Assembly (NCBI RefSeq): GCF_963921235.1
Contig: NC_086107.1
Span: forward strand, 98,954,001-99,018,000
DNA from: Mobula hypostoma
Lineage: Eukaryota
Direction of reading: 5' to 3'
Length of the DNA: 64,000 bases
Each line of letters starts with the position of its first letter. Position 1 is the first letter of the stretch. The notes under the pieces were generated by a model, which was not told where the DNA came from, ran no database searches, and saw only the letters and a list, made by a program, of their open reading frames with translations. The position numbers were made by a program, and so were the translations under genes. Positions 13,388 to 24,059 of this stretch are shown here, piece after piece.

Positions 13388-14449
13388 TACAAATATCTTA
13401 GAAAATCTGAAACACGTTTCCAGGTATGAAGTTAAAACGCTCCAGGTTCAATAAATAGTGTGAAAATCAGCCTCCTCCTCTGCACCACCTGAACGGACTG
13501 CAACGGGAGAAGTCAGTGAAGTGAACTGATTCACGGCCGCAGTGACAAACAGGTGAATTACTGTGAGAGGCCTCAGCTTTTCTCATTATTCGCTCAAAGA
13601 ACCCTGCGAATATCTGTACCATTCACCTACATTTGACCGCAGCAAGGTTGTTTCGGGGAACGACAGATTGGTCCCGGAGAATTTGATCCAGCAGCTCAAC
13701 CACCTGCATACTGAGGAACGCTTGGGCAGTGAGACTTAACCCCTGGACTGGGAGCTTTGGCGAGGACAAGATGTTGAAGTGGTTCGATAACATGGACAAG
13801 ATCCAAGCTTACGCAAAAACTGAGCTGCAGGAAATTTATCTCTCGTTCCTATTACTTTTTAATTTTAAATCATGGCACCTCAGGACTTCCTGTCAAAACT
13901 TGACAATGTCATCATTTAATAAAATCTTAGATTTCGCAGTTAGTAATAGACTTTTATATAGCGGGGTTCTGTAGGGAACATACACATTCAGATCAGCGAT
14001 GTGTGCAGTCAATGTGCAAGTTCCAGTTACAAAGAACGGCGGCCTTAAACTCTGGATCTCTTTCCACAGGTGCCACCTGACCAGGTGTGCATCCAGCCTT
14101 TTCTGTTCCTCTGCCATACCCAGCGGACGGCACCCCCAGGGCACAAGGTGCCCACTGACTTGTGACTGGATGAGCTCATTCACTGTTCTGCCAGCTGAAA
14201 ATATCATCTCTGGTTCACTCACCACGGGTCCAGTTACCAGAGTAACGTGATAAAGCCCCGGCCCCTGTCACCCACCCCAAGGTCCTGGCCAGTCGCAAAT
14301 AGCTACGCCCAGTTATAGTCCCGAGCTGTTGTGGACCCAGGACCGAGCACGAGGGAAGAACCCTCTCTGAAGCCCTTCCTCATTGCTGCAGCCTCGCTGT
14401 CGACCCGAATCCCACTCCCTCCCCCGCCGGCCCCCGCCCCGACCGGATT

Positions 14450-14535
14450 TCAGTAAGGCTTGAACTTCCGCTCGGCCCTCATCACAGCAATCCTCTGCTT
14501 ATCCTCTTCAAACTTCTTCCGAAGCTGGGCGATAT
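14450..14535 (-). CDS. RRP7A: RRP7A exon 7 (last coding exon): (H)IAQLRKKFEEDKQRIAVMRAERKFKPY*
   Basis: ctctttgcag acceptor, phase 1, TGA stop; matches the vertebrate RRP7A C-terminus (LRKKFEEDKQRI...RKFRPY). Confidence 0.96.
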
Positions 14536-14682
14536 CTGCAAAGAGAACGGCAGAGGCTGAGCTGGGGGAGGATCAGAGATGCCCGAAGATGGAGAGGGGA
14601 GGGGAAGACAGTGATGTCAGGGAGGAAGGGAAAACTCCCCAGGGGGCAGGAGATGAGCGGATATCTCATGGAGGTGCACTAA

Positions 14683-15175
14683 ATTAGCTCCCGCTGCCTA
14701 TTAAATGCTCCCAATACAGTGTGTCCCAAATAGCTTCTGACAACCGAGTCCAGCTCCTGGGCTTCACGTGATTTAGCTACTAAGCCCAGCGGAACCATTT
14801 CCACTGACAGGAGAAGGGGCAAAGGTGGGTTACTGGCACCTTAAAACCAGTCGTTTCGGGCAGATGGGGCTCGTCAAGCAGGGTTGGCAGCTCATCTAGG
14901 AGAAAGAAAACTCCGATCTCAAACCTCCGCTGCCTTGCTCATGGGGGAAGGCTTCAGGAGTAAACACCAAGGGAAAAGTCCGGAGCTGACCGGTAATTTC
15001 TGCAGACACGGGTGCCAAACTGCATCGGTCTCTGCCTTTCATTTGGACTCATCAGCTGCATGGAGGGGGTGGGCCTGCTGTATAGGCAACAGCTTGCTCT
15101 CCGTATCACACTGCCCTGGCTTGTGTATCATGTAGACAGCTGGGACGTAACATCCAGACCAACGAAGGGCCATAA
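14683..15175 (+). mobile_element. Probable RTE-related non-autonomous repeat in RRP7A intron 6
   Basis: Contains ggagaaagaaaactccgatctcaaacctccgctgccttg, resembling RTE-clade 5' regions; recognised from memory only. Confidence 0.4.
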
Positions 15176-15716
15176 TACAAAGTTAAGTACAGGCAGGCTG
15201 AGACTCGAACTGGAAGCCACAGGTTTAATGAAAGGTGAAATGTTTAAAGAGAATCTGAGAGGGAGCTTCTTCACTCAGGAGGAAGCGAGTGTGGAATAAG
15301 CCACCAACAGAACTAGACGCGAGTTCATTTGTAACATTTATGAGAAGTTTGGATGGACACAAGGATGAGAGGGGCATGGAGGGACTTGGTCGGGGTGCAG
15401 ATGGATGGGTCTAGGCAGATCAGGCTGACACAAGTTAGATGGGTCAAAGCGCTTGTTTCTGTGTTGTAGTACTCTGTGATTCAATAAGACAAGAGACCTC
15501 GGTGGGGGAAATCAGAGACACTCGTCTGTAGGTCCTGGTTGTGATGGAGTGAGAACTCTCACTGGAGAGCACTCCTCCCCCGTTACACTTGCCCACCACC
15601 CCATCCCGGAGTCGAAACAGAAGTAACCCCCCTCCCCACAGCAGGAGCCTCTATGGGCCACGCCTAGGTCAGCAATTGCACCCCCCCCCGCACACAGAGC
15701 CCACTGTCAGACTCAC

Positions 15717-15915
15717 GCTCTCGCTTGGCGTCCTTTCGCTGCCAGCTGTAGAAGTTGAGCAGCTCTTTCTGAGCTCGCTTGCGTTTCTCCCGCTGGATCG
15801 CCTGCAGGCTGTGTGCCTCGGTCCGGGGAACACCAGGCCGACGGCCCTTCCTGGTCACCTTCACCCAGCCCTCCTCGTCCGGGACCCCGTCCTCGGCCTC
15901 GGCGACGGCCTCCAG
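15717..15915 (-). CDS. RRP7A: RRP7A exon 6: LEAVAEAEDGVPDEEGWVKVTRKGRRPGVPRTEAHSLQAIQREKRKRAQKELLNFYSWQRKDAKRE
   Basis: cactcgcag acceptor and gtgagt donor, 199 nt; RRP7 signature motifs PDEEGWVKV and ELLNFY.WQ. Confidence 0.97.
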
Positions 15916-16254
15916 CTGCGAGTGGAACGAGGGGCGTGAGAGGCCCTGGCTTGTAACCCACCATCCCCACCACACCCACCCACTCAGTGACTCACCATCC
16001 AACCACAGCATCTACCCCACTGTCCAATCGCACCCGCCAGGCTCCCCCACATCTAACCATCAGGAACCACACTCCACCCAATCCCATGAACCATGTTGCA
16101 GCCACCCACCTACTCCACTGCGTGCCCATGCTCATACCCACCCTGCCCACTGACCCTCCCCAGACCATCTTCTCCCCAATAAACCACATGGCCACCCCTC
16201 CCCACAACCCGAGGCAGATCTGCTCATCTGCCACACGCAAGACTAGCCAACCCA

Positions 16255-16622
16255 CACCCCCGGCACCCAGCTCTCCCGCCAGTGACAGACAGCGTCCCCC
16301 ACCCCCGGCACCCAGCTCTCCCGCCAGTGACAGACAGCGTCCCCCACCCCCGGCACCCAGCTCTCCCGCCTGTGACAGGCAGCGTCCCCCACCCCGAGAC
16401 CCACCCTCGGCACCCAGCTCTCCCGCCAGTGACAGACAGCGTCCCCCACCCCGAGACCCACCCTCGGCACCCAGCTCTCCCGCCTGTGACAGACAGCGTC
16501 CCCCACCCCGAGACCCACCCTCGGCACCCAGCTCTCCCGCCTGTGACAGACAGCGTCCCCCACCCCGAGACCCACCCTCGGCACCCAGCTCTCCCGCCTG
16601 TGACAGACAGCGTCCCCCCCCC
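16255..16622. repeat. GC-rich minisatellite in RRP7A intron 5 (45-bp and 57-bp unit variants, about 7 units)
   Basis: Repeated cggcacccagctctcccgcc(a/t)gtgacagacagcgtcccccacccc, with or without gagacccaccct. Confidence 0.95.
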
Positions 16623-16634
16623 TGCCGCACTTAC

Positions 16635-16732
16635 CTCTGCCACCCGCTTGTCGTGTTGCTTCATGAACTCATCAATGTCGCTCTGTAGTGCCTCAGGGTC
16701 GACGATGCCGGATGAGTATTCCTGGATCCACT
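16635..16732 (-). CDS. RRP7A: RRP7A exon 5: (K)WIQEYSSGIVDPEALQSDIDEFMKQHDKRVAE
   Basis: ttccccag acceptor and gtaagt donor, 98 nt, phase 1 to 0; homologous to WISDY...DPEAL...DTFM. Confidence 0.96.
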
Positions 16733-16944
16733 CTGGGGAAGAAACGGGACTGGAATTCAGGAGCAGACGCAGCCAGCCTGGGTTCCCAATCAACAGGGGT
16801 TACACTGGCACAGTGGTTCCAAAACCCCCTCCTTTGCCCACCACCCCAGGATTACGTACTCCCCCACCCCCGCAGGGGCTGCTTCCTACCTCGCCCCAGC
16901 ATCACTCTGCCGTCACGGTTAGCGACCCCACCCGGGGTACTCAC

Positions 16945-17062
16945 TCTGAAGGCCTGATCTGATGGGGTGCTCCTTCGGAGACAGGACCCAAGGCTCTTGG
17001 ACTTTCAGGGCAGACATCATCCCGGCTGGTTTCTGAAACACGACGTAGGCCACCTGGAAGCC
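16945..17062 (-). CDS. RRP7A: RRP7A exon 4: GFQVAYVVFQKPAGMMSALKVQEPWVLSPKEHPIRSGLQ
   Basis: ctttgctgcag acceptor and gtgagt donor, 118 nt; GFQVAYVVFQKP matches mammalian RRP7A as recalled. Confidence 0.96.
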
Positions 17063-18657
17063 CTGCAGCAAAGACGGAGGTTAGGCACCACCGCGAGGGG
17101 CAGCGTCCAGCACACGGGTTGCAGAACACGGCCACTCTGGCTCATAGAGACGCAATCGGAAGCCAGGTAGTCCTGTCGGTCCCATCACCATAACTGACTG
17201 TACCAAGTACTTGACTCTATGTACTCCTCTCCCCTTCGTCAGTAGGTGGTGGTGAAGACAACAGCGCTCATCATTGAGGACCCTCACCACCTGGGACACG
17301 CTCTCTTCACACAAGGGTTGCAGCAGGAAACTTTCTCCCCCAGTATTAGTGTGCAAGGTGTCTAAAAGTGATTCCATTTAATATTGGAGGGAAAAAAAAT
17401 TAAAAATGCACCCAGGGAGCCTTATGTGACTGTATGTAGAGGGGCAGTTTTGGACCCAGACTCAGAGAATTGCAGAAATGAGGCGGTGAATCTCATTGCC
17501 ACAGGCAGCTGTGGAGGCCGAGTCATTGGGTGTATTTAACCAGAGGTTGATAGGGTCTTGGTAAGTCAGGGCATGGAACGGTACAGGGAGAAGACAGGAG
17601 ATTGGGGTTGAGAGGGAAATGGATCAGACATAATGAAATGGCAGAGCAGACTAGATGGGCTGATTGGCTGAATTTTGCTCCCATGTCTTATGGTATTATT
17701 AGTGGCTAAAGTATCAGTGGGAGAACATTTTGGAGACAATAACCATAACTTTGCATGTTTCAAGGTTGTTATGGAAAGAGAAGATGGTGGTCCAGAGACT
17801 AAGGTCCTGAATTGGAGGAAGACCAGTTTCTAAACCAGACAGAACTTGGCAAAAGTAGACAGGGAGGAGTTACTTTGAAGACAGGTCAACATCGGAGTAG
17901 TGAATCATTTTGAAGTGAACGAGAGTTCAGGGACAACGTGTTCCCGGACACTGGAACACAAGCACGGCAAATCTGATGTCAGGGATCTAGATTTGGAAAC
18001 AGGGGATGCACCTCAAGTGTCGGGGTGGAGCAGAACAGTAGGGAAAAGAAAGATTAGGAGAGCACGGGCGGGGGGGAGGGGGCACGTAATATTTCTGGCA
18101 GACAACACTATGGAAAAATTCAAAAGCATTTTTCTGTATATTAAGGGGAATGAGGTCCCATAAGGAACCAACACAACGACCTGTGTGTATACAGGACACA
18201 GATCAGCTCTAAACAAACACTTTTCACCTGTATTCACTAAGGAGAAGGCTATTGTAGATGGAGAATTCAGGGTGCACAGCGGAAGGGGGAGGATAGTGAA
18301 ACTCTGGAACATGTTATCATTACTGCACTGTCACAGGGCAGGCTGCTCCCAAGGCAAACAGCAAACCAAAACTTCACTTGACCTATGATGGTTATACAGA
18401 ATGTTCACTGACAGTTGAGATCCCACGAGTTACCCAACGACACCACTCCCATGCTCACACACATCTTTTATTAATGCCAAAGACAGTCAGTGGTCATTGT
18501 GTAAAGAGAAACTCACTCACGACTCTCTGATCTGAAGTCAACTCCTTTCAGGCCACCCAAGCAATGATTCCCAGCTCCCCCTTACGGTCTTTTAGTTCAC
18601 CACGTTCCAAAGAACTCTGGCTTGTAATGATAATCACACCAGACACTGAAGCATTAC

Positions 18658-18783
18658 CTCCGCAGGTTTCCTGGAGAAGAACTTTGATTTCTTTGCCTCA
18701 GGTTTGGTTCCTGGGCCTGGTCTGTCTTGCAGTTCCACTGACGCGATGGCACCGCATTGTGAAAAGAGCCTGTGCAGGCTCTC
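18658..18783 (-). CDS. RRP7A: RRP7A exon 3: ESLHRLFSQCGAIASVELQDRPGPGTKPEAKKSKFFSRKPAE
   Basis: tactag acceptor and gtaatg donor, 126 nt, phase 0/0; homologous to ESLSRLLSTCG..SVELQEKP...SKFF. Confidence 0.95.
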
Positions 18784-19739
18784 CTAGTACCCAACAGAAA
18801 GGGACAAAAACTTCAGGCAGATTCAGCATTGCTAAACTAATATTTAAAAATACTCCAAGGAACAGATTTTTGTGGTAGTAAGAGGACAGCAAATCCCTTT
18901 TGTCTGCCCAACCTCCCTCCAAGACTCCAACGCCTAGAATGCTGACCCTCACTTTCATCCCTATTTCGAGGGCTCAAGGCCTGCAACCAGCTGGCACCCT
19001 CACCTCAGTGTCCAGGGCTCATTACCAGTGAGGGAAGATTTCCTTTTATAATCATTCTATTAATTTTCAAGTTCATAAACATAATAACAGTACTAATACA
19101 AAAAGATTGGGATTACATTATTGGTAATTGACAAGTAAAAACTACAGATAATACAAGTATAATAGATCTCCCAAACTATATAGTTAACCATGATAAAAGG
19201 AAAAATGAAAAAAAAACACAAACCAAAAAAAAACCAAAGTGAGGGAAGATTTACATGATCAGTAGTGGGATGCATAATCTCATATACAAAGATTGGACAG
19301 AGCAGATTACATCACTGGAGTACAGAGCAGGTGAGAGGGGACTTGATTGAAACACAAGATACTGTTGAGGTATCTGGTGGAAGAATCAAGAGGTCAGCTG
19401 CTTTGGACAGAGATGAGGTGAACTTCTCTCTTACTGAGAGCTTTCAGGGTTCTCTTCTGCAAGTAGTACCATTAATAAAACCGCTGAATACATACATTTG
19501 TAAGAGGACTGATTCTTGTAAGTGAAGGGCTAAAAGTTTCCCAGAGGGAGGGCGGGGATTCAGCTGGATTGGACTGTCACATGGTGGAGCAGCTACAAGA
19601 GGCTGAGAGGCCGTTCCCGCTCCTCCCGAACCGTTATGCGCGGTTCGATCTCCTCCGCTTTCCCCTGCACCCTCCTCTCCTCTCACGGGATTCCACCCCT
19701 CGTCCCCCCTTACCCCCACCACTGTCGACCGTACCCCCA

Positions 19740-20655
19740 CCTCCCGTCCCTCCATCCCACCCCACGTCTCCCCTTACCCCTCACCCCCGCCTCCTGACCC
19801 TCATCCCACCCCAGGTCTCCCCTTACCCCTCACCACCATCCACCTCGCCCTCCCATCCCTCCATCCCACCCCTCGTCTCCCCTTACCCCACACAACCATC
19901 CACCTTGCCCTCCCATTCCTCCATCCCACCCCACGTCTCCCCTTACCCCTCACCACCATCCACCTCGCCCGCCCGTCCCTCCATCCCACCCCACGTCTCC
20001 CCTTATCCCTCACCACCACCCACCTCGCCCTCCCATCCCTCCATCCCACCCCTCGTCTCCCCTTACCCCTCACCACCATCCACCTCGCCCTCCCGTCCCT
20101 CCATCCCACCCCACGTCTCCCCTTATCCCTCACCACCATCCACCTCGCCCTCCCATCCCTCCATCCCACCCCTCGTCTCCCCTTACCCGTCACCACCATC
20201 CACCTTGCCCTCCCGTTCCTCCATCCCACCCCACGTCTCCCCTTACCCCTCACCACCATCCACCTCGCCCTCCCGTCCCTCCATCCCACCCCTCGTCTCC
20301 CCTTACCCCACACCCTCGTCCACCTCGCCCCTACCTCCCGACCCTCCATCCCACCCCACGTCTCCCCTTACCCCACCCCACACCACCATCCACCTCGCCC
20401 TCCCGTTCCTCCATCCCACCCCACGTCTCCCCTTACCCCTCACCACCATCCACCTCACCCTCCCGTCCCTCCATCCCACCCCACGTCTCCCATCCCCACA
20501 CCCTCGCCTCCCGTCCCTCCATCCCACCCCACGTCTCCCCTTACCCCTCACCACCATCCACCTCGCCCTCCCGTCCCTCCATCCCACCCCACGTCTCCCC
20601 TTACCCCACACCACCATCCACCTCGCCCCCGCCTCCCGTCCCTCCATTCCACCCA
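19740..20655. repeat. 60-bp C-rich minisatellite in RRP7A intron 2 (about 14 units)
   Basis: Unit ccatcccaccccacgtctccccttacccctcaccaccatccacctcgccctcccgtccct aligns line-over-line in the 60-column layout. Confidence 0.96.
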
Positions 20656-20667
20656 CTCCCCCGGTAC

Positions 20668-20807
20668 CTGGGTGCAGTAGGGCGGCACGTTGAGCACGAA
20701 GAGTGTCCGGTTCTGAGGCCGGGCGGCAGCAGGTTCACGGGCCCGGTGCGGCTTCACCAGGAGGCGGCGGGAGACCGGGCTCTTGTCCGCGAACCTCACG
20801 GGGATCT
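20668..20807 (-). CDS. RRP7A: RRP7A exon 2: (E)IPVRFADKSPVSRRLLVKPHRAREPAAARPQNRTLFVLNVPPYCTQ
   Basis: ttccccgccag acceptor and gtaccg donor, 140 nt; RTLFVLNVPPYCT is the RRP7A RRM start. Confidence 0.96.
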
Positions 20808-20897
20808 CTGGCGGGGAAGATGGAAGTCAGTCCGGGCCGCATCACCCCCTGCCCCTCCCGGTTCCCTGGGTCTCCCCCGACACCGACCCCTCGGTAC

Positions 20898-20949
20898 CTG
20901 AGAAACCCGCCGACTCCGCTCCGCCGACTCCCTCACGGCGCGGCGCCAT
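20898..20949 (-). CDS. RRP7A: RRP7A exon 1: MAPRREGVGGAESAGFS (an in-frame ATG lies one codon upstream, at 20952)
   Basis: ATG inside a CpG island, cag|gtaccg donor in phase 1 joining exon 2 across a 90-nt intron; total CDS 819 nt, open throughout. Confidence 0.85.
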
Positions 20950-23900
20950 CATACGACCAGGATGCAACGCGCGGCACCGCGCCTGCGCAGTGGTAACGAG
21001 GGAGGGAGGGAGGGGATGGGAAGGGACGAGGAGGGAATTCTGTCTCCCACCGTCCCTCCCTCCACTTTGCAGGACCACTGCCGGAGTCCCGAGGGTCGGA
21101 ACACTTCTGTCCAGTTCCCGGGCGTGTGGAACAGGGTGGGAAAAGGCAGGTACCTGGATGTGTCAAAGCAAGGCTGCTGGAAATGGGATCAGGCTGGTCG
21201 CTGTTCTCTGCCAGCCACAGGCAGTTGGACACGTCCAGTATCTATGATCCTGTGCCAGACCACCCGAAGCATCTCTTCACAGCTCCGAACTCACATCGAT
21301 ATCAGAACCCGACCTATCTACAAGATGCTGGAGGAACGTGCTGCGTCAGGCAGCATCCGTGGAGGGAAATGGGAAAGTCAAAACCCTTCATCTGGACTGC
21401 TCATCTCCATCCAGTCCCCACCCAGTCCCAGCTACAAGCTCTCCCAACTTTCAGCTGCCTGGTTCCGCACCACCCTAATTTTCACCTGTCCAGTTGCAGG
21501 GTCTCGATCTGAAACATCGACTATATATTACCCCCCGCCCCCCCCCAAACATATCAGAATCGGGTTTATTATCACTGATATATGTCATTAAAGTTCTTGT
21601 TTTGTGGCAGCAAGACACGGAAAGAAAACTAAGTTATAATAAATAAATAGTGCAAAAAAAAAAGAATTGAGGTAATGCTCGTGAACCATTCAGAAATCTG
21701 ATGGTGGGGGGAGAAGTTGTTCCTGAAACTTCGGGTGCCGGTGCTCAGATTCCTTTACTTCCTACCTGATGGCAGGAACAAGATGGCATGTCCTGGATGG
21801 TGAGGGTCCTTAATGATTGATACTACCGTTTGAAGATGTCCCAACACTGCTGACCTGCCGAGTTCTTCCAGCATCTTGTGTATTGCTCCAGATTCCAGCA
21901 TCTTCAGCTTCTTCTGCCACCAACAGACCTACCTATTCCCCTGCAGCGTTGGATCACACAGGACAAACCTATCTAGTCCTGTGCGAGAACTGACACTGAC
22001 ACCAAGACCATTTCTCAGAGGTGGTGAATTCCTGCTTTCAGTCCCCAAGAGGTTCAAGCCCTGGGCAAAGACCCCTCATACTAAACAAAGATCTATCCTC
22101 TTATTTCACCCCTTACACCACAACACTCCTTTACTGGACATCAATTGCACGCATGAAGTTCTGTGTAAGATCACCGGCAAGGTGGAGCAGACCAAGGGGA
22201 TGGAATTCTGACCAGTGCGTGGCTCGAATTTGGCCCATGTTCTACACAGGAATTTATGCAGGAGGGTGATAGAGCCAGAAAGGTACTTGGATCTGCACCT
22301 GATGAGTCAAACCAAGACTGCTGTCTCGAAGGGTAATTTGGCTGACGGATAGCATTCATCCGTCATCCCAGAATCAAGCCACACCAGCAGACAAGGTGCA
22401 AAGCTGCTTTAACGGAGCATGGCATCCCCATTCTGGACAGGAGCCCTCTCTTAGCTAAACCCCAGCCCACAGCTCAGCAACTTTTGAAATGCTGGCGGCA
22501 GATGTAAAATCCTCATAACCCAATGTGGGGAACTCAGTTATTTAGAGATACAGTGCATAACAAGCACTCCCAGCCCAAAGAGCTGCAATGCCCAGGAACC
22601 CACCCGTTTAATCACAGGACAATTTACAATAACCAATTAACCTATCAACCAGTACGTCTTTGGACCGTGGAAGGAAACCCATGCGGTTATGGAGAGAATG
22701 TAACAACTTCTTATGGACGGTGCTGGAATAGCATCATGCTACGCTACCATGGTGCCCTTGGATCAACTGGTCAAACTCCAATCACAATATTCAGTAATTA
22801 CTAAATATCAGCCATGTCTCTGCTTTCCATTATGAGATCAGAAGGATTGTCCCGATGGGAAATCGAGGTTATACCTTGGCCCTTTAGTGAGCAGAGGAAT
22901 TTGACAGTATTACCAGTGTATAATAGGAGTCACTGACCAACACACTGACCGACGCCCTAGGGAAAGCATAGATAGTGCACGAGATTATTAGTGCATTGCA
23001 GATATTGCATCCAGAATGTGGATTTCAGGAACTTTCATGCTCAGTTTGAAGGAGTCACTGATCCATTATTTCAATAAAAATATTCAAAATATTGGAAGTT
23101 TAGCTTTATTTGTCATGTATACATGAAAACATAGTGTGAACTGTGTCGTTTACATCGATGACCAACAGGCCAATGATATGCTGAGGGACAGCTCACGTTA
23201 CCCCACCTCTGGTGCCAACATAGCAGGCCCACAACTTATGGGCCTTATCCATGTTTCAGGAATGCAGGATGAAACTGGAGCACCTGGAAAAGTCCCACAT
23301 GGTCACAAGGAGAACACACAAACTCCTTATAGACAGCGGCAGAAATTGAACGCTGATTGTTGGTGCTGTAAAGCATTATGCTGACCGCTGCTGGAAGACT
23401 GGTGAGAATTTATAAGCATCTCCACCACAGGAGGGGGCAGGTTTGCTGTCTTTAGCCATGGGCAGATGGTCGGAGTTTTTTGATGCCGTGATCCGGTCTT
23501 CATGAAGGGTCAGTGAAGACGATCAACGGCCAAGCTGAAAATGGAACTGGATACGTTCTGAAAATGGAGTATTTGGCTGGGCTGCTGGGAAAGGAACATT
23601 AGGGTGTCACTGAGTAATTCTTTTAATGAACCAGGCATAATCATTGGGCTGAGATACTGAGGCCTGTGTACAAGGAACAGCAACAAGAAATAATGTGAAG
23701 ATTTGTACTGATTTTATCTTTCATTTCCTTGCAAAATGTCCTGAACTGGTCTACAGCCAGTAAAGTGTTGTGGAGAACCAGTCAGCCAATTTGCACACAG
23801 CTCCCACAAAACTTCCAGGGAATAGAAAACCAAATAACATGTGATTTGAATTTGATTTTTGTTTTGATTGGGGATTGAGGTAGGGGTGAATGTATGTGTG

Positions 23901-24059
23901 TGTGTGTGCGTGTTTTACTGAGATTAGCTCTATTCTGTAGAGGCAGGTAAAGGCAGAGGGAATGCTGAGCAGATCTGGATCAGATCAAGTTACCAGGTAG
24001 CTGGTTAACGTTGCTCAGCAGGCGGGCTGTGTGTGCTGCACAACTTTACAAACAATACG

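Larger units (their letters stand above)
20660..21130 (-). promoter_or_regulatory. CpG-island promoter of RRP7A with an NRF1-like site GCGCCTGCGCA (20979-20989)
   Basis: High CpG density around exons 1-2; the GCGCnTGCGCA motif lies about 30 bp upstream of the ATG. Confidence 0.7.

Noticed and set aside
15987..16962. Overlapping 190-230-aa ORFs on both strands
   Set aside because: Produced by the 45/57-bp minisatellite and by antisense reading of RRP7A exons.
19569..20693. 374-aa Pro/Ser-rich extensin-like ORF
   Set aside because: Antisense translation of the 60-bp intronic minisatellite.
22295..22340. ctgatgagtc...gac as another hammerhead
   Set aside because: No GAAA box follows the stem, and no stem I pairing is found.
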